Shown: positions 33,934 through 45,648, counted from the stretch's first letter. The stretch: 64,000 bases of DNA from an uncultured Rivularia sp. (GCA_963665115.1 OY762007.1:6944001-7008000), one strand, 5' to 3'. Numbers and translations: made by a program. The notes: generated from the sequence alone by a model not told the origin.

Positions 33934-36179
33934 ATGCTGCTATGATTCAACCACGTCCGCAATCTGCTGTAGAAACAAAGTTTTTAAGCGAAATATTACC
34001 ATTAATAATCTTAAAAGATTCAAAACTAAATTTTATCTGTTTTCGGCTTTCTCCGGAAGTAGAACGAGAAATTGGCAACCGTTTAGGTTGGAATTTTTGT
34101 CACAAGTTTCCAGATATTATTGTAATTTGGTACAAAAAGTTTTTTTGGGCTTTAGCTAAACCAAATCAAGTAATGCCAAGTCAGAAAGAATGGCGAGAAG
34201 CATTAACAGAAATATGCGAAGAATTAAGAAAAGATATTGGTGATTGTGATTATTCTATTCAATGGGTACGTCAGCCGCAATTAACAGCTTCTACCTTAGC
34301 TCAGTTAGCAGTTAGAATCTTAAAAATTACTCGTCCTTTTTCATCAGAAATAGCTTTATCCGAAAAACAGGCAGAAGTAAAAAGAGAAGCTAAATTTTGG
34401 GCTGAAACTATAGAAATAAACAAGCAGTTTTTCTCAGCTTTAACAATAACTGTTAAGAGTAATTTTCGCTATAGAGGTAATTTAGCTGATTTTTTTGAAA
34501 ATCACCCTTTTAGACAAGATCCACAAAAGCTTTTAATTGGTTTAAAAGTTCGGGATATAGAACATAATAGCTTTGCTACGATTACCGGAATCATTGGTAA
34601 TATTGCCGAACAAAGAGAAAGGTTAATACAAGATGCAACTGGTGCAATTAGCAAGCAAGCATTAGAAGAAGCACCCGACGAGCAACCAGTAGTTACAGTG
34701 CAATTTGGCAAGAAGAATAAACAATTTCGCTATGCAATGGCAGCTTTACGTCCTTGTATAATGCCTGAAACTGCCGATAAATTTGAAGTCGATTATGGAA
34801 AGTTACTTAAAGCAGCTAAAGTGGCTTATAAAGATAGAAAACAACTTTTAGGGGTTTATAATAAGGAAGCAAATACAGTTTTAGCTAATTACGGATTAAA
34901 ATTAGGACAAAGGATAAACAGTTCTAGATATTCAAGTTTATTTTGGGAACCATTATTAAATCTTTCAGAAACCAAACTTCTATTTGGTAATAATGAAATT
35001 GGCTTTCAAAAAAGTATACTAAAAGGACTTTCTCAAGGTGGAGTTTATTTTCGTCATGAAAATTACACAGATCCATCAGATAAAATTAACATAGCTGCTT
35101 TAAAAATAGGTAACTTTCAGGTTGGGAAGCTTTTTTTTGATGAAGTTAAACAACGTTTACAAAAGTACGGTTTCGGAAGCATAATAGCTCCCGAAAATGT
35201 GAAAGTAGTGTCTGTAGAAAATTTCACTAGTATCGAAGGTAGAGTACAAATTGAGGAAGCTATAGATGATTTGATGGAAAGACATCCTGATATAGTTTTA
35301 GTTTTTTTACCTATTACCGATAGAAGCAGTGATGATACAGGTGATAGCCTTTATTCTTTGGTTTACTCGCGTTTGCTAAGAAGAGGAATTGCGAGTCAAG
35401 TCATTTATCAAGATACTTTAAAAAAAGTTCCAACTAATACTATTCTTAATCAAGTTATTCCAGGGATATTGGCTAAGTTAGGTAACTTACCCTATGTGTT
35501 AGCTGAACCATTAAAAATAGCTGATTATTTTGTTGGCTTAGATATTTCTAGAGGTTCTAAAAAGAAAACTGCTGGAACTATGAATGCTTGTGCTAGTTTA
35601 AGACTTTATGGAAGAAAAGGGGAATTTAACGGCTATAAATTGGAAGATGCTTTAATCGAAGGTGAAGAAATTCCACAAAGGGTATTAGAGAAATTTCTTC
35701 CAAGAGAAAAGCTAAAAGGGAAGACAGTTTTAATTTATCGAGACGGACGTTTTTGCGGTGAAGAAGCCATACATTTAAAACAATGGGCAGAAGTCATTGG
35801 TTCCAAATTTGTTTTAGTTGAATGCTATAAATCAGGAATACCTCGACTTTATAACTGGAATGGGCAAGTTATTAAAGCACCTACAAAAGGTTTAGCGTTA
35901 CGTCTATCTTCTCGTGAAGTTATTTTAGTAACAACTGAATTAAAATCACAGAATATGGGTTTACCTGATCCATTACGTTTAAAAATTCACGAAGCAGGGG
36001 ATCTAGTATCAATTGAAGATTTAGTAGACACAACACTAAAACTTACGCTGCTACATTATGGCTCCCTTAATCCGCCACGTTTACCTATACCACTTTTCGG
36101 TTCTGATGTTATGGCTTACCGACGCTTACAAGGTATTTATCCCGGTGCATTAGATGGCGATCGCCAATTCTGGCTTTAA
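33930..36179 (+). CDS. ago: Long prokaryotic Argonaute (PIWI-domain protein) with putative DEDD catalytic tetrad
   Basis: 749 aa; MID motifs RRGIASQVI and GILAKLG; PIWI motifs VGLDIS (D538), EGEEIP (E579/580), IYRDGR (D605), [10 protein letters not shown] (D726); hydrophobic C-terminus FWL. Confidence 0.92.
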   Translation: MNAAMIQPRPQSAVETKFLSEILPLIILKDSKLNFICFRLSPEVEREIGNRLGWNFCHKFPDIIVIWYKKFFWALAKPNQVMPSQKEWREALTEICEELRKDIGDCDYSIQWVRQPQLTASTLAQLAVRILKITRPFSSEIALSEKQAEVKREAKFWAETIEINKQFFSALTITVKSNFRYRGNLADFFENHPFRQDPQKLLIGLKVRDIEHNSFATITGIIGNIAEQRERLIQDATGAISKQALEEAPDEQPVVTVQFGKKNKQFRYAMAALRPCIMPETADKFEVDYGKLLKAAKVAYKDRKQLLGVYNKEANTVLANYGLKLGQRINSSRYSSLFWEPLLNLSETKLLFGNNEIGFQKSILKGLSQGGVYFRHENYTDPSDKINIAALKIGNFQVGKLFFDEVKQRLQKYGFGSIIAPENVKVVSVENFTSIEGRVQIEEAIDDLMERHPDIVLVFLPITDRSSDDTGDSLYSLVYSRLLRRGIASQVIYQDTLKKVPTNTILNQVIPGILAKLGNLPYVLAEPLKIADYFVGLDISRGSKKKTAGTMNACASLRLYGRKGEFNGYKLEDALIEGEEIPQRVLEKFLPREKLKGKTVLIYRDGRFCGEEAIHLKQWAEVIGSKFVLVECYKSGIPRLYNWNGQVIKAPTKGLALRLSSREVILVTTELKSQNMGLPDPLRLKIHEAGDLVSIEDLVDTTLKLTLLHYGSLNPPRLPIPLFGSDVMAYRRLQGIYPGALDGDRQFWL

Positions 36180-36224
36180 CACCCTAACCGCTACACTAAA
36201 ACAAAACATCCCCATCTTCTCCCC

Positions 36225-36911
36225 ATGCTCTCCACCGCTCCCGAATACCAAATCACCTGGGAAAAACTCCCCGAAGACTTTGTTTTAAACAACGAACTTT
36301 TAAACGATATTAATCAACCTTTACTCGCTGCTGCATTAACCGAAAGCTTAGAAATTGCAAATAAATTACCAGATAATTCTCTTACTTCTACCAATTACGG
36401 AATCTGCGCTACTGTAAATCAAAAGATGGTGGTAAAAGCGCCAGATTGGGCTTATATCCCAAAAATCACCGTATCGCGGCAGGAAGTTAAACGCAGCTAT
36501 ACCCCACAGATTCAAGGCGATATTCCGGTTATTGTGATGGAATTTCTTTCCGATACCGAAGGCGGAGAATATTCAATTAAACCGACTTATCCTCCAGGAA
36601 AGTGGTTTTTTTACGAGCAAGTGTTAGAAGTTCCCAACTATATAATTTTTGAACCAGATAGCGGTGAAATAGAAGTTTATCAATTAGATGATTCAAAACG
36701 GTATCATCTGCAAAAACCCGATGCAAATAACCGTTTTTGGATTGCTCAAATGCAGCTATTTTTAGGAGTATGGCAAGGAAATAGAGAAAACCGCACGGGT
36801 TATTGGTTGCGGTGGTGGGATGAAAATGGCAACCTTTTATTCTGGGGTTTGGAAAAAGCCGAAAGATTAGCAGCACAACTTAGAGCAGCAGGAATCGAAC
36901 CAGAGATTTGA
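36225..36911 (+). CDS. Uma2/DUF820 family protein
   Basis: VKAPDWAYIP, VMEFLSDTEGGEY, GKWFFYEQVL, YWLRWWD and AERLAAQLRAAGIEP motifs. Confidence 0.85.
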   Translation: MLSTAPEYQITWEKLPEDFVLNNELLNDINQPLLAAALTESLEIANKLPDNSLTSTNYGICATVNQKMVVKAPDWAYIPKITVSRQEVKRSYTPQIQGDIPVIVMEFLSDTEGGEYSIKPTYPPGKWFFYEQVLEVPNYIIFEPDSGEIEVYQLDDSKRYHLQKPDANNRFWIAQMQLFLGVWQGNRENRTGYWLRWWDENGNLLFWGLEKAERLAAQLRAAGIEPEI

Positions 36912-36992
36912 AAAAATAAGAATATGGCTACTAAGTAGGTCGTCGTTGAAAATCGTAATTAGGACAAGGGAGTAGGGAGTGAGGGTAAGGCT

Positions 36993-37304
36993 TTATTTAA
37001 TTGGCAAAGAATTGCTTTTGACGATAATGGAGAAGTTGAAAATAGCTTTCAAATTTATCCCGATTGGACAATTGAAATACTATCACCCGAACAAAGTTCA
37101 ACTAAGGTAATTACCAATATTCTTCATTTTCTAAAACACGGAACTAAACTAAGTTGGTTAATCGACCCAACCGAACGTTTGATATTAGTATTTCTACTAG
37201 AACAACAACCTTTAGAAATGACTGGTGGTAATAAATTACCCGTACTAGAAAACTTAACTCTTAATATCACAGTCGAACAAGTATTCGCTTGGTTAAAACT
37301 GTGA
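36993..37304 (+). pseudogene. 5'-truncated Uma2 family remnant
   Basis: My translation gives ..YPDWTIEILSPEQSSTKVITNILHFLKHGTKLSWLIDP..EQVFAWLKL*, with no N-terminal half. Confidence 0.75.
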
Positions 37305-37439
37305 GTTACCAATTATCAATTAATTAAGGGGTATAGGTTAAGGGTTAAAAGTTAAAGGTTAAAGGTTAAAGGTCAAAGTTAATATCTTATTTCCAATGCC
37401 CTGCGACCCAATAACCCATCCCCATACCCCATGACCTAA

Positions 37440-37871
37440 TTAAGAAGGATTAGGAGCATCATAAGGTGCTACACCACTAAACTTAAGTTTTGCAGCACTG
37501 GGATTGTCGCCAATTTTACGAGCAACAAAACGTACTTTATCGCGACCTTCGTTGACCTTCTCAGGGAAGACACCATCAGCCGGATGTAGGTACTGAGTTT
37601 CGCCGCTGGGATAAATCCGGTAAATCTTATAATCAGTGATTTTCATTTTCCGGAATTGAGCGCCCAAAGCAATGCCATACTCTTTACGAGCAATTTCCAG
37701 CATATTTTCGCCTTCAAGCATTGTTGCAGCGCCACCAGTAGGCATTTCAAAAACCTGTTGCTTGGGGCTAGTCCAAGTAATCGCGTACTTCTCTTCTTCT
37801 ACCGCTTTCTTGAGCAAGCCGCCGGTGCTGCCACCAAATAGTGGAGTTTTTCCGGAGAGTGTTTCTGCCAT
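37440..37871 (-). CDS. psaD: Photosystem I reaction centre subunit II
   Basis: [29 protein letters not shown] and [14 protein letters not shown]; true ATG at 37871. Confidence 0.97.
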   Translation of the reverse strand: MAETLSGKTPLFGGSTGGLLKKAVEEEKYAITWTSPKQQVFEMPTGGAATMLEGENMLEIARKEYGIALGAQFRKMKITDYKIYRIYPSGETQYLHPADGVFPEKVNEGRDKVRFVARKIGDNPSAAKLKFSGVAPYDAPNPS

Positions 37872-38046
37872 AATAAATCCTCTCAACGTTGAAACGTTTT
37901 TACGGCATCCTAACATTCCAGCGGCGACCATATTACCATTGCGTTAGGAACTTTAACAGTTCGTAATTGGACCGCAGGGCATTGATAATTGATAATTGGT
38001 AATTGGTAATTGAATTTTCCCCTTGTCCCCCCATCTCCCCATCACC

Positions 38047-40056
38047 CTACCTCCCCACAACCATCGACAATCTTTCCTCCTGACTCCCCTCAATACTCGG
38101 TACGGTGAAGTGAAATTTGGAGCCTTTATCTTTTCCCGATGATTCTGCCCAAATTTTTCCTCCCCAACCAATAACTATCTGACGACAAATTGCTAACCCT
38201 AAGCCCGTTCCTCCCGTGGTGCGTCTCAAGGCTCCTTCTTCTTGATAAAAGCGGTCAAAAACGATTTCTAAGCGATTGGGTTCTATTCCTCTTCCGGTGT
38301 CGGCAACTGTCACTTCAACCATTTGATTGTTGTTACTAGTCGCAATGATTGTAATTTCTCCTTCGGGTGGTGTAAATTTACAAGCGTTATCCATCAGTTT
38401 TGCTAGCACTTCTACCAACCAATCCCCATCTGCTCTAATTAAAGGCAAATTGTCAGATATTATCGCGGACACTTTAGGTAAGTCTTCTATTTTTGTGCGA
38501 GCGTTAATTCTACTAACTGCTAAATCTACGCATTCTTGTAAAGTCAAAGTCTCTGGATGCCATTCAATTCGACCGCTTTCTAAGTTGGAAAGAGTAAGAA
38601 AATCTTGAATTAGTTTCCGCATTCTTTCTGAATCGGAAAGTGCAGTACTTAACATTATTTCCCGCAATTCCAAAGGCATATCTGGTTCGGTAGCAAGGCT
38701 TTCTAAGCAAACCTGAATTGTGGAAAGTGGAGTACGCAGTTCGTGTCCGGTAATCGCTATCAAGTTGCTGCGAGTACGTTCTAATGCTTCTAATTGTTGG
38801 TTGAAGTCTTCTAAATTGGCGTAGGCTTCGGCTTGAATTAAAGCCGCTCCGACGGAGGTGGCGATCGCTGTTACCAAATCTAGTTCTTCAGCTTGCCATT
38901 CGTGGGGTTTATCGTCGCAATATTGCAACTCTATAATTCCTAACATTCGCCCCTGAAACCATACGGGTTCCATCAACCACGAACGAATAGAAAAACTCTT
39001 GACAAAATCCGTAACTTCTGGAGAATCAGCTACACGAGAGTCTTCAAGAGTATCGGAAACACAAACGCCTTCCCCCGTCTGTAACACTTCCTGAAATATC
39101 GGATTTTTTTGTAATTCTCTGGTTTGTCCTAAAAGCGATAAAACACCGGAGCTAATAAATTCGTGTTCGATGATGGCGTTCGTGTCGGCTCTTTGAGCGC
39201 GGTAGATTAAACATCGGCTAGCTGCTAAGTTTTGTCCTAGCTCCTGTACCGCTACTTCTAATACTTCTTGCGGATTTAGCGATCGCCGAATTGCCGTACT
39301 GATAGAGTTGACTAAACGTTCTTTTCGTGCTTGCGCGGCGATTGACCGATAAGCTTTGTGTAGTTTATATTGGCTGGCTTGTAAATAGGTAACTAAACGC
39401 TGCACGAAAGGATTAGTATCGATGTCACAAGCATATTGGTTTTTATCGTCAACTATCTGCTCGCTGTAATTATCGCCAATACCAAACCGTTGACGTGCCT
39501 GCTCAATCTTCTCGGCTAATTCCGGACGATAAATAGCTATTTTATCCAATAACAAATCCGCAGCTTTAAGGCTTACATTTCTTTCTGCCGTCCAAATTCC
39601 CTCAAATCTCCTTGCCGTGTCCATATCAAGACTCGGAATTAATTCTGGAGATATTTCTCTTTTAAGTATGGAAGTAGGATATTCTCGGCAAACTAAGCAA
39701 GTAGCATAATTAAAAGCAATAACTATCAAATGCCATTCTTGAGAAAGGGCATCTTTCGGCTCAAAGGCTACTTTTTCATAATATTCGGAACTGCTACTAA
39801 AATCTGTTTCTGGTGCAGATAAAACGTATACTTGATTGCTTATTTGCGACAGTCGTTGATACCGATGAGCTTCTTGACGGTAGAATCTTTCTCTTTGAAA
39901 GCTCGCAATCACTAAAGGCTGCTCCATTGTGGCAGCCAAAACCTGGTCTTCCATCGCGTGGGAGAGCGCTGTTAATGAAGCTTTGAAGTATATTTGGGGC
40001 CGCAGGTACGGTAGTGCCTGTAGCAAATCACTCAGCACGGAAGTAGAAATGCTCAT
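38047..40056 (-). CDS. DICT-GAF sensor histidine kinase
   Basis: YFKASLTALSHAMED (DICT), GAF domain, GHELRTPL H-box, MDNACKFT and GGTGLGL. Confidence 0.9.
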   Translation of the reverse strand: MSISTSVLSDLLQALPYLRPQIYFKASLTALSHAMEDQVLAATMEQPLVIASFQRERFYRQEAHRYQRLSQISNQVYVLSAPETDFSSSSEYYEKVAFEPKDALSQEWHLIVIAFNYATCLVCREYPTSILKREISPELIPSLDMDTARRFEGIWTAERNVSLKAADLLLDKIAIYRPELAEKIEQARQRFGIGDNYSEQIVDDKNQYACDIDTNPFVQRLVTYLQASQYKLHKAYRSIAAQARKERLVNSISTAIRRSLNPQEVLEVAVQELGQNLAASRCLIYRAQRADTNAIIEHEFISSGVLSLLGQTRELQKNPIFQEVLQTGEGVCVSDTLEDSRVADSPEVTDFVKSFSIRSWLMEPVWFQGRMLGIIELQYCDDKPHEWQAEELDLVTAIATSVGAALIQAEAYANLEDFNQQLEALERTRSNLIAITGHELRTPLSTIQVCLESLATEPDMPLELREIMLSTALSDSERMRKLIQDFLTLSNLESGRIEWHPETLTLQECVDLAVSRINARTKIEDLPKVSAIISDNLPLIRADGDWLVEVLAKLMDNACKFTPPEGEITIIATSNNNQMVEVTVADTGRGIEPNRLEIVFDRFYQEEGALRRTTGGTGLGLAICRQIVIGWGGKIWAESSGKDKGSKFHFTVPSIEGSQEERLSMVVGR

Positions 40057-41423
40057 GAATGTCGTTAAGGAGCCACAATCTGGATTTAAATCCACGTCAC
40101 AGCTGCATTGTACAAACTACAAGGCAATCTCAGGACAACCTAAATGTTGCGATTTGTAAACAATACTGACCTAGGCTTTAAAGAGCCATGTAAACGATCG
40201 CAGTTCTCAAATAGCAGCTAATCGCAGCTGTATGGTAAACAAATAATATTGAATCCATGAAAACATTCTACCTTGCTGTTGAGTGATATTTCTACAAAAG
40301 AATCTATAACTACTTTAAAATTCTATTTACATACTTATCGAACTGGCTTTGGTTTTTTTGTCAAGTATAAAATTCGCTATATAAATATATTCTATAAATA
40401 AATATAATTATTCAAATGGTAGAGCTAATTTATCTGCGCCGATTTACTAGTTTGATAATTTTAAATGCAGCAAAAGCTACTTTTTATTATTCAAAACATA
40501 TTCTCTTTTTTTATTTAATAGAATTCATAACTATTCTGAATATGAGTTTTGATATTCTCTAAATCATTAATGATTTTGTCTATTAAGATAATATCAATAT
40601 CAAATAAATGTTTTTATTTAACATATTCACGCTGCTTCTATTTATACCTATTTTTTCTCATGGAGTAGGCATATTTAATTTAACAATAATTAGTTATTCA
40701 TTAATAAAATACGCATCAATCTAATTGCATATTAGTTCAGCAACTGCACTTAATCATCAATGCTTAAAAATAATATTAAATAGGATTCTTCTATATATTC
40801 AGTTCTTCCATTCATACTTAACTCGCTCAAATATTATAAATATCGCAATTTTAATCTTCCGTAGCTATTTATCTTAAATTAAAAGATCGCGGTATATTTT
40901 TTATCGTTTCATAAAAGCCAATTTATCAAATTAATCGTTAATATATGTTATAATTAAATTAATCACAAAAATTAAATATACAGAAAAATATTAAGTAGAT
41001 TGCATCATGCTTAAGTTTCATGTAATATTGCTTTGTCTATATTTAAAGATTATTAAAGCAGTATTAAGCAGTCTTGAAGTAATGCTTAGGGACATATGCT
41101 TATTTCATCAAAATTAAGTCAGGAGTCAATATTCTTTATCGGCTTAATTATCGCGAAATAATCGGCAATGCTAGCAACAAATAATCGGCAATGCTCGAAA
41201 AAGACTCGAAAGTATTTAACTTTAATTGCTGCTTAACTGTTCCTTCCTGTCTTGTTATTAATGTGGATGCAGCTATTTAAGCAGTGCAGCAATCCTGCAT
41301 TAAAGCAAAACAAGGCATAGCATACCTGCGCCGTCAGAATTCAACTTCTTGATTTTCTATTGTTTTAGAAAACGTAATCTATGCGAGGTTAATATGCTTT
41401 ATTTCTCACAAAATTGGTGAAAC

Positions 41424-42468
41424 ATGAGAATTGCTCAAATTTCTCCTTTATGGGAGCGCGTTCCTCCCTTTCGCTACGGCGGAATAGAACTAATTGTCAA
41501 ACTTCTCACGGATGAATTAGTTCGACGAGGGCATCAAGTAACTTTGTTTGCTTCAGGTGACTCGATTACAAATGCAAAGTTGCACTCAGTTCACGATAAA
41601 GCTTTACGGCTCGACTCTTCTATTCAAGAGCCAGATATCTACCATCAAATGATTCTCGCTGATGTTTATCAAGAAGCATACGCCAATTTTGATATCATTC
41701 ATTCCCACATTGGTTATACGGCTCTTCCCTACAGCGGTTTCGTCAAAACACCCACCGTGCATACGCTTCACGGAGCATTTACATCCGATACCACCAAGAT
41801 ACATCGCCGTTTTAGCGAGCAGCCTTTAATTAGTATTTCCTCTTCGCAGCGAGAACCTTGCTTGGACTTAAATTACGTCCACACGGTTTATAACGGAATT
41901 GATACGGTTGTTTATCCCTTCTATTCTCAACCAGTAGAACCTGCTTATTTAGCTTTTATAGGTAGAATTTCGCCGCAAAAAGGAGCGGTAGAAGCGATTC
42001 AAATTGCTCGTGCTACTGGTTTAACCTTAAAAATGGCTGGCAAAGTTGATGTAGTAGACGCTGATTACTATCGAGAGAAAGTAGAAACCATTAATTGATG
42101 GCGAACAGATTCAGTACCTTGGGGAAATTTCCCATGAGGATAAAGTAAGACTCTTAGGTGAAGCAACGGTAACATTGTTCCCTATTACTTGGCGAGAGCC
42201 TTTTGGTTTAGTGATGATTGAGTCTATGGCTGCCGGTACGCCTGTAATCGCCATGAATTTGGGTTCCGTACCAGAAGTTATTGTTGATGGAAAAACAGGT
42301 TTTGTTTGCGACTCTGTAGACAAAATGATTGAGATGGTTCCAAAAGCTACAAAATTAGACCGTCAGACTTGCAGGGAATATGTTGTCAGTCGGTTTAGTG
42401 TGGAATCGATGACTGACGGATATGAGAAAGCTTACTCAATGATTTTGAATTCCACCCAATCTAGATAA
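41424..42468 (+). CDS. GT4-family glycosyltransferase; apparent +1 frameshift at about 42085
   Basis: VPPFRYGGIE, GRISPQKG and WREPFGLVMIESMAAGTPVIA; VE|PLIDGEQIQYLGE restored by removing one A. Confidence 0.9.
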
Positions 42469-43310
42469 ACTTTGGGCTTTAAAGCTGAATTGTTTTCTCG
42501 TACAACTCTGAGATTATTAACTTTGCAGTAGAAGTATAAAATTTTATTCAAAAAGTCTGCCTATAGGTAGACTTTTTCATTGTAATAAAGCAGATTGAAG
42601 CAAGTTGAAAATATCGAAGTCTAAAAAAGTTCTTAATAGGGCTGGAAATTTTTAAGTATATTCTAGTAATTTTTAATAGCATTATTTTATATTACTTATG
42701 GTTGAAGTATTAAATAATCGGTGGAGCTTAGGCAATATCGAAATACATACTTTTCAACAAATACTAAAATACTTTAAAAATCATTTTTTTATGATTTGGA
42801 ATAATCGTTAGCTTTTTATGGTATATATAAAAAAATGCATTGTTTTTCTCTGCTCAAGATAAAAAACAATGCTTATGGGTATGGTTATATTTGCTTTACG
42901 TATATATAAAAAAATATAGATAAGAATTATATAATGTGTTTAAATAATTTACGGTAATAGTTAATAGATAAAATATACAGAGGCTGCTTGCTCTAATAGT
43001 GCTAGCAATAGTTGGGCGTAGTTATCGTATCTCCATCTTTTAGACAAACAGCGCTTTCAAAATAAACAAGTACAAATCAACTGAATTGATAGTTGATTTT
43101 ATTTAATAAGCATATTGCTGTAATGAATACTTTTTTTAATATACAGATTCATAAATATTTTAGATATTGGCTCTGCCATGCGTTCCCTTGCTTATCTGTA
43201 CGTAACTAATGTTTAACTCAATGGCTCAAATGAGTTTTAATTAGCGTCTGTTTTTCAGATTGACGTATTTCTAAAAACAAAGCATACACCTACACCTGTA
43301 CACGGAATTT

Positions 43311-45596
43311 TTGCTAATGACACCGGATACCCTGATGACACCGGACAAAATCACACAAGACGGAAAAACTTTTGTACCCGCCGACCAAATCCCCATCCCA
43401 GAGTGGCCTTGCGTTCTCAGCGAAAGACCCCAGGCATCATTAACAATTAAAGACGATGACCTATTTTTAGTCACGGATACTTTGGGTAATATTGCTGGTT
43501 GTTCGCTGAACGATATTAATCCTAGCATGGGGCTGTTTTGCTGCGATACGCGCTTTTTAAGTCGATTAGATTTCCAAATTGAAGGGCGATCGCCAATTTT
43601 GTTGAGCAGTACTGCGGATAAAGGGTTCTCGCTTTCGGTGTTGTGTACGAATCCCAGGATTGAAGATCGCCTGCAAGCAGATACTGTAGGGATTCGCAGG
43701 GAGCTAGTGCTAAACGGTGCTTTATTTGAAGAGATAGAAGTTTCTAACTACAGTACGACTACTGTCACCTTTGAATTAAGTATCAGCTTTGATGCAGATT
43801 ATGTCGATCTATTTGAAGTCCGAGGTTTTGGCAGAGAGAGCCGTGGAAGGCTGCTGCGTTTGGTAGAACCGCATTCGGAAGAAGCTAACCAAGATGTAGT
43901 ATCGGAACAAGATGAAAATTCTAGGGCGAATGAAGTTGCTTTAACCCTTGCTTATCAAGGTTTGGATAACTGGATCATGGAATCGCGCATCCATTTCCAG
44001 CATCGGCAACCAGATTATTTTAAAGGTTATACCGCTGTTTGGCAGTTGGAATTAGCTACCCACGAAACCCAAAAGCTGGGTTATCGGATTAATATGTTTA
44101 CGAATAATAAGCCCACCTCCACCGTTAGCGCCCCCGTCACTTTGGTTCAGGCTAGATCCGCCGAGATGATGGAGGAACAAAATTGGGTACAAAAGATTAC
44201 TCAAATTCGTTCGGATAAAGGTACTTTTAATCGAGTTATCGAGCGCGGCGAACAAGATATGTACTTGTTGCGTCAGTCTTTTGGAAAGTCAATGACTGTT
44301 TCGGCTGGAGTACCGTGGTTTTCAACTTTGTTTGGTAGGGATTCATTGATTACCGCTTACCAAACGTTGATGTTAAATCCGGAAATAGCTAAAGAGACTT
44401 TAGGTTTACTAGCTCGTTATCAAGGTAAAGTTGATGACGATTGGCGTGAAGAAGAACCAGGTAAAATTCTTCACGAGTTGCGCTTTGGAGAGTTGGCTCG
44501 TACTCAAGAAATACCTCATACACCTTACTATGGTACGGTTGACGCGACTCCTTTATGGTTAATGCTTTATGCTGAGTACTTCGCTTGGACTCACGATGGA
44601 GAAACCTTAGAGAAACTTTGGCCAAATGCTTTGGCAGCAATGGATTGGATCGACCGTAATCTAAAAGAAACGGGCTACCTCAGCTACATTCGTAAATCTA
44701 AACGTGGTTTGCTTAACCAAGGTTGGAAGGATTCTGGTGACTGTATTGTAGACCGTAAAGGTGAATTGGCGACAGGTCCAATTACTCTTTGTGAAGTCCA
44801 AGGTTATGTTTATTCGGCGAAAATGCGTCTTGCAGAAATTGCTCGGATGAAAAAGCGACTCGATCTAGCAGATCGTTGGCAAGAAGATGCTAAAAATTTG
44901 AAAGCTCGTTTTAATAGAGATTTTTGGATTGATGACCAAGATTTCTGTGCTTTGTCTTTAGATGGTGATGGTCGGCAAGTAGACAGTATAAGCTCTAATC
45001 CCGGTCACTGCTTGCAGTTGGGAATTTTTACACCTGAAAATGCTTATAGCGTTGCCGAAAGATTGCGGGCACCCGATATGTTTAATGGTTGGGGTATTCG
45101 TACTTTGAGCAGTTTGTCTCCAGCTTACAATCCAATGGGTTATCACGTAGGTTCGGTATGGCCTCATGATAATGCTATTATCGCGATGGGATTGCGATCG
45201 CTTGGATTAGTCGATCAAGCTTTGGAAATTTTCCAAGGTTTATTTGACATGACTTCCATGCAGCCTTATCAACGTCCACCAGAATTATTTTGCGGCTACG
45301 AACGTCACGGTGATGAAGCTCCTGTGAGATATCCCGTAGCTTGTACTCCCCAAGCTTGGGCAACTGGTTCTATTTTCCAGTTGTTGCAAATGATGGTTAA
45401 CTTAGTTCCCGATGCGCCAAACAACTGCTTGAGAATTATCGATCCGGCATTACCTGAGTCGATAAACAGTCTTTCTCTTCATAATTTACGAGTTGGCCCC
45501 ACAATTCTCGATCTAGAATTTGAGCGTTCTGGCAGTACCACAGCTTGTCGTGTTGCGAAGAAACGTGGAAACCTCCGGGTTGTTATCGAAGCATAA
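43311..45596 (+). CDS. Amylo-alpha-1,6-glucosidase / glycogen debranching family glycoside hydrolase
   Basis: AGVPWFSTLFGRD, EEPGKILHE, YYGTVDATPL, NQGWKDS, YHVGSVWPHDN and PQAWA motifs. Confidence 0.9.
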   Translation: MLMTPDTLMTPDKITQDGKTFVPADQIPIPEWPCVLSERPQASLTIKDDDLFLVTDTLGNIAGCSLNDINPSMGLFCCDTRFLSRLDFQIEGRSPILLSSTADKGFSLSVLCTNPRIEDRLQADTVGIRRELVLNGALFEEIEVSNYSTTTVTFELSISFDADYVDLFEVRGFGRESRGRLLRLVEPHSEEANQDVVSEQDENSRANEVALTLAYQGLDNWIMESRIHFQHRQPDYFKGYTAVWQLELATHETQKLGYRINMFTNNKPTSTVSAPVTLVQARSAEMMEEQNWVQKITQIRSDKGTFNRVIERGEQDMYLLRQSFGKSMTVSAGVPWFSTLFGRDSLITAYQTLMLNPEIAKETLGLLARYQGKVDDDWREEEPGKILHELRFGELARTQEIPHTPYYGTVDATPLWLMLYAEYFAWTHDGETLEKLWPNALAAMDWIDRNLKETGYLSYIRKSKRGLLNQGWKDSGDCIVDRKGELATGPITLCEVQGYVYSAKMRLAEIARMKKRLDLADRWQEDAKNLKARFNRDFWIDDQDFCALSLDGDGRQVDSISSNPGHCLQLGIFTPENAYSVAERLRAPDMFNGWGIRTLSSLSPAYNPMGYHVGSVWPHDNAIIAMGLRSLGLVDQALEIFQGLFDMTSMQPYQRPPELFCGYERHGDEAPVRYPVACTPQAWATGSIFQLLQMMVNLVPDAPNNCLRIIDPALPESINSLSLHNLRVGPTILDLEFERSGSTTACRVAKKRGNLRVVIEA

Positions 45597-45648
45597 ATCA
45601 AAACAAGATTTTGCTGAATCTAGACAACATAAATTGTAGATATTTAAA

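Noticed and set aside
33905..34159. 84-aa alternative-frame ORF overlapping the pAgo start, and other short antisense or overlapping ORFs throughout the track
   Set aside because: These are shadow ORFs inside well-supported genes and have no recognisable motifs.
40160..41100. Long AT-rich intergenic regions (also about 8000-8750 and 42500-43250) as hidden genes or ncRNAs
   Set aside because: I could not support any ORF, RNA motif or repeat structure by eye.
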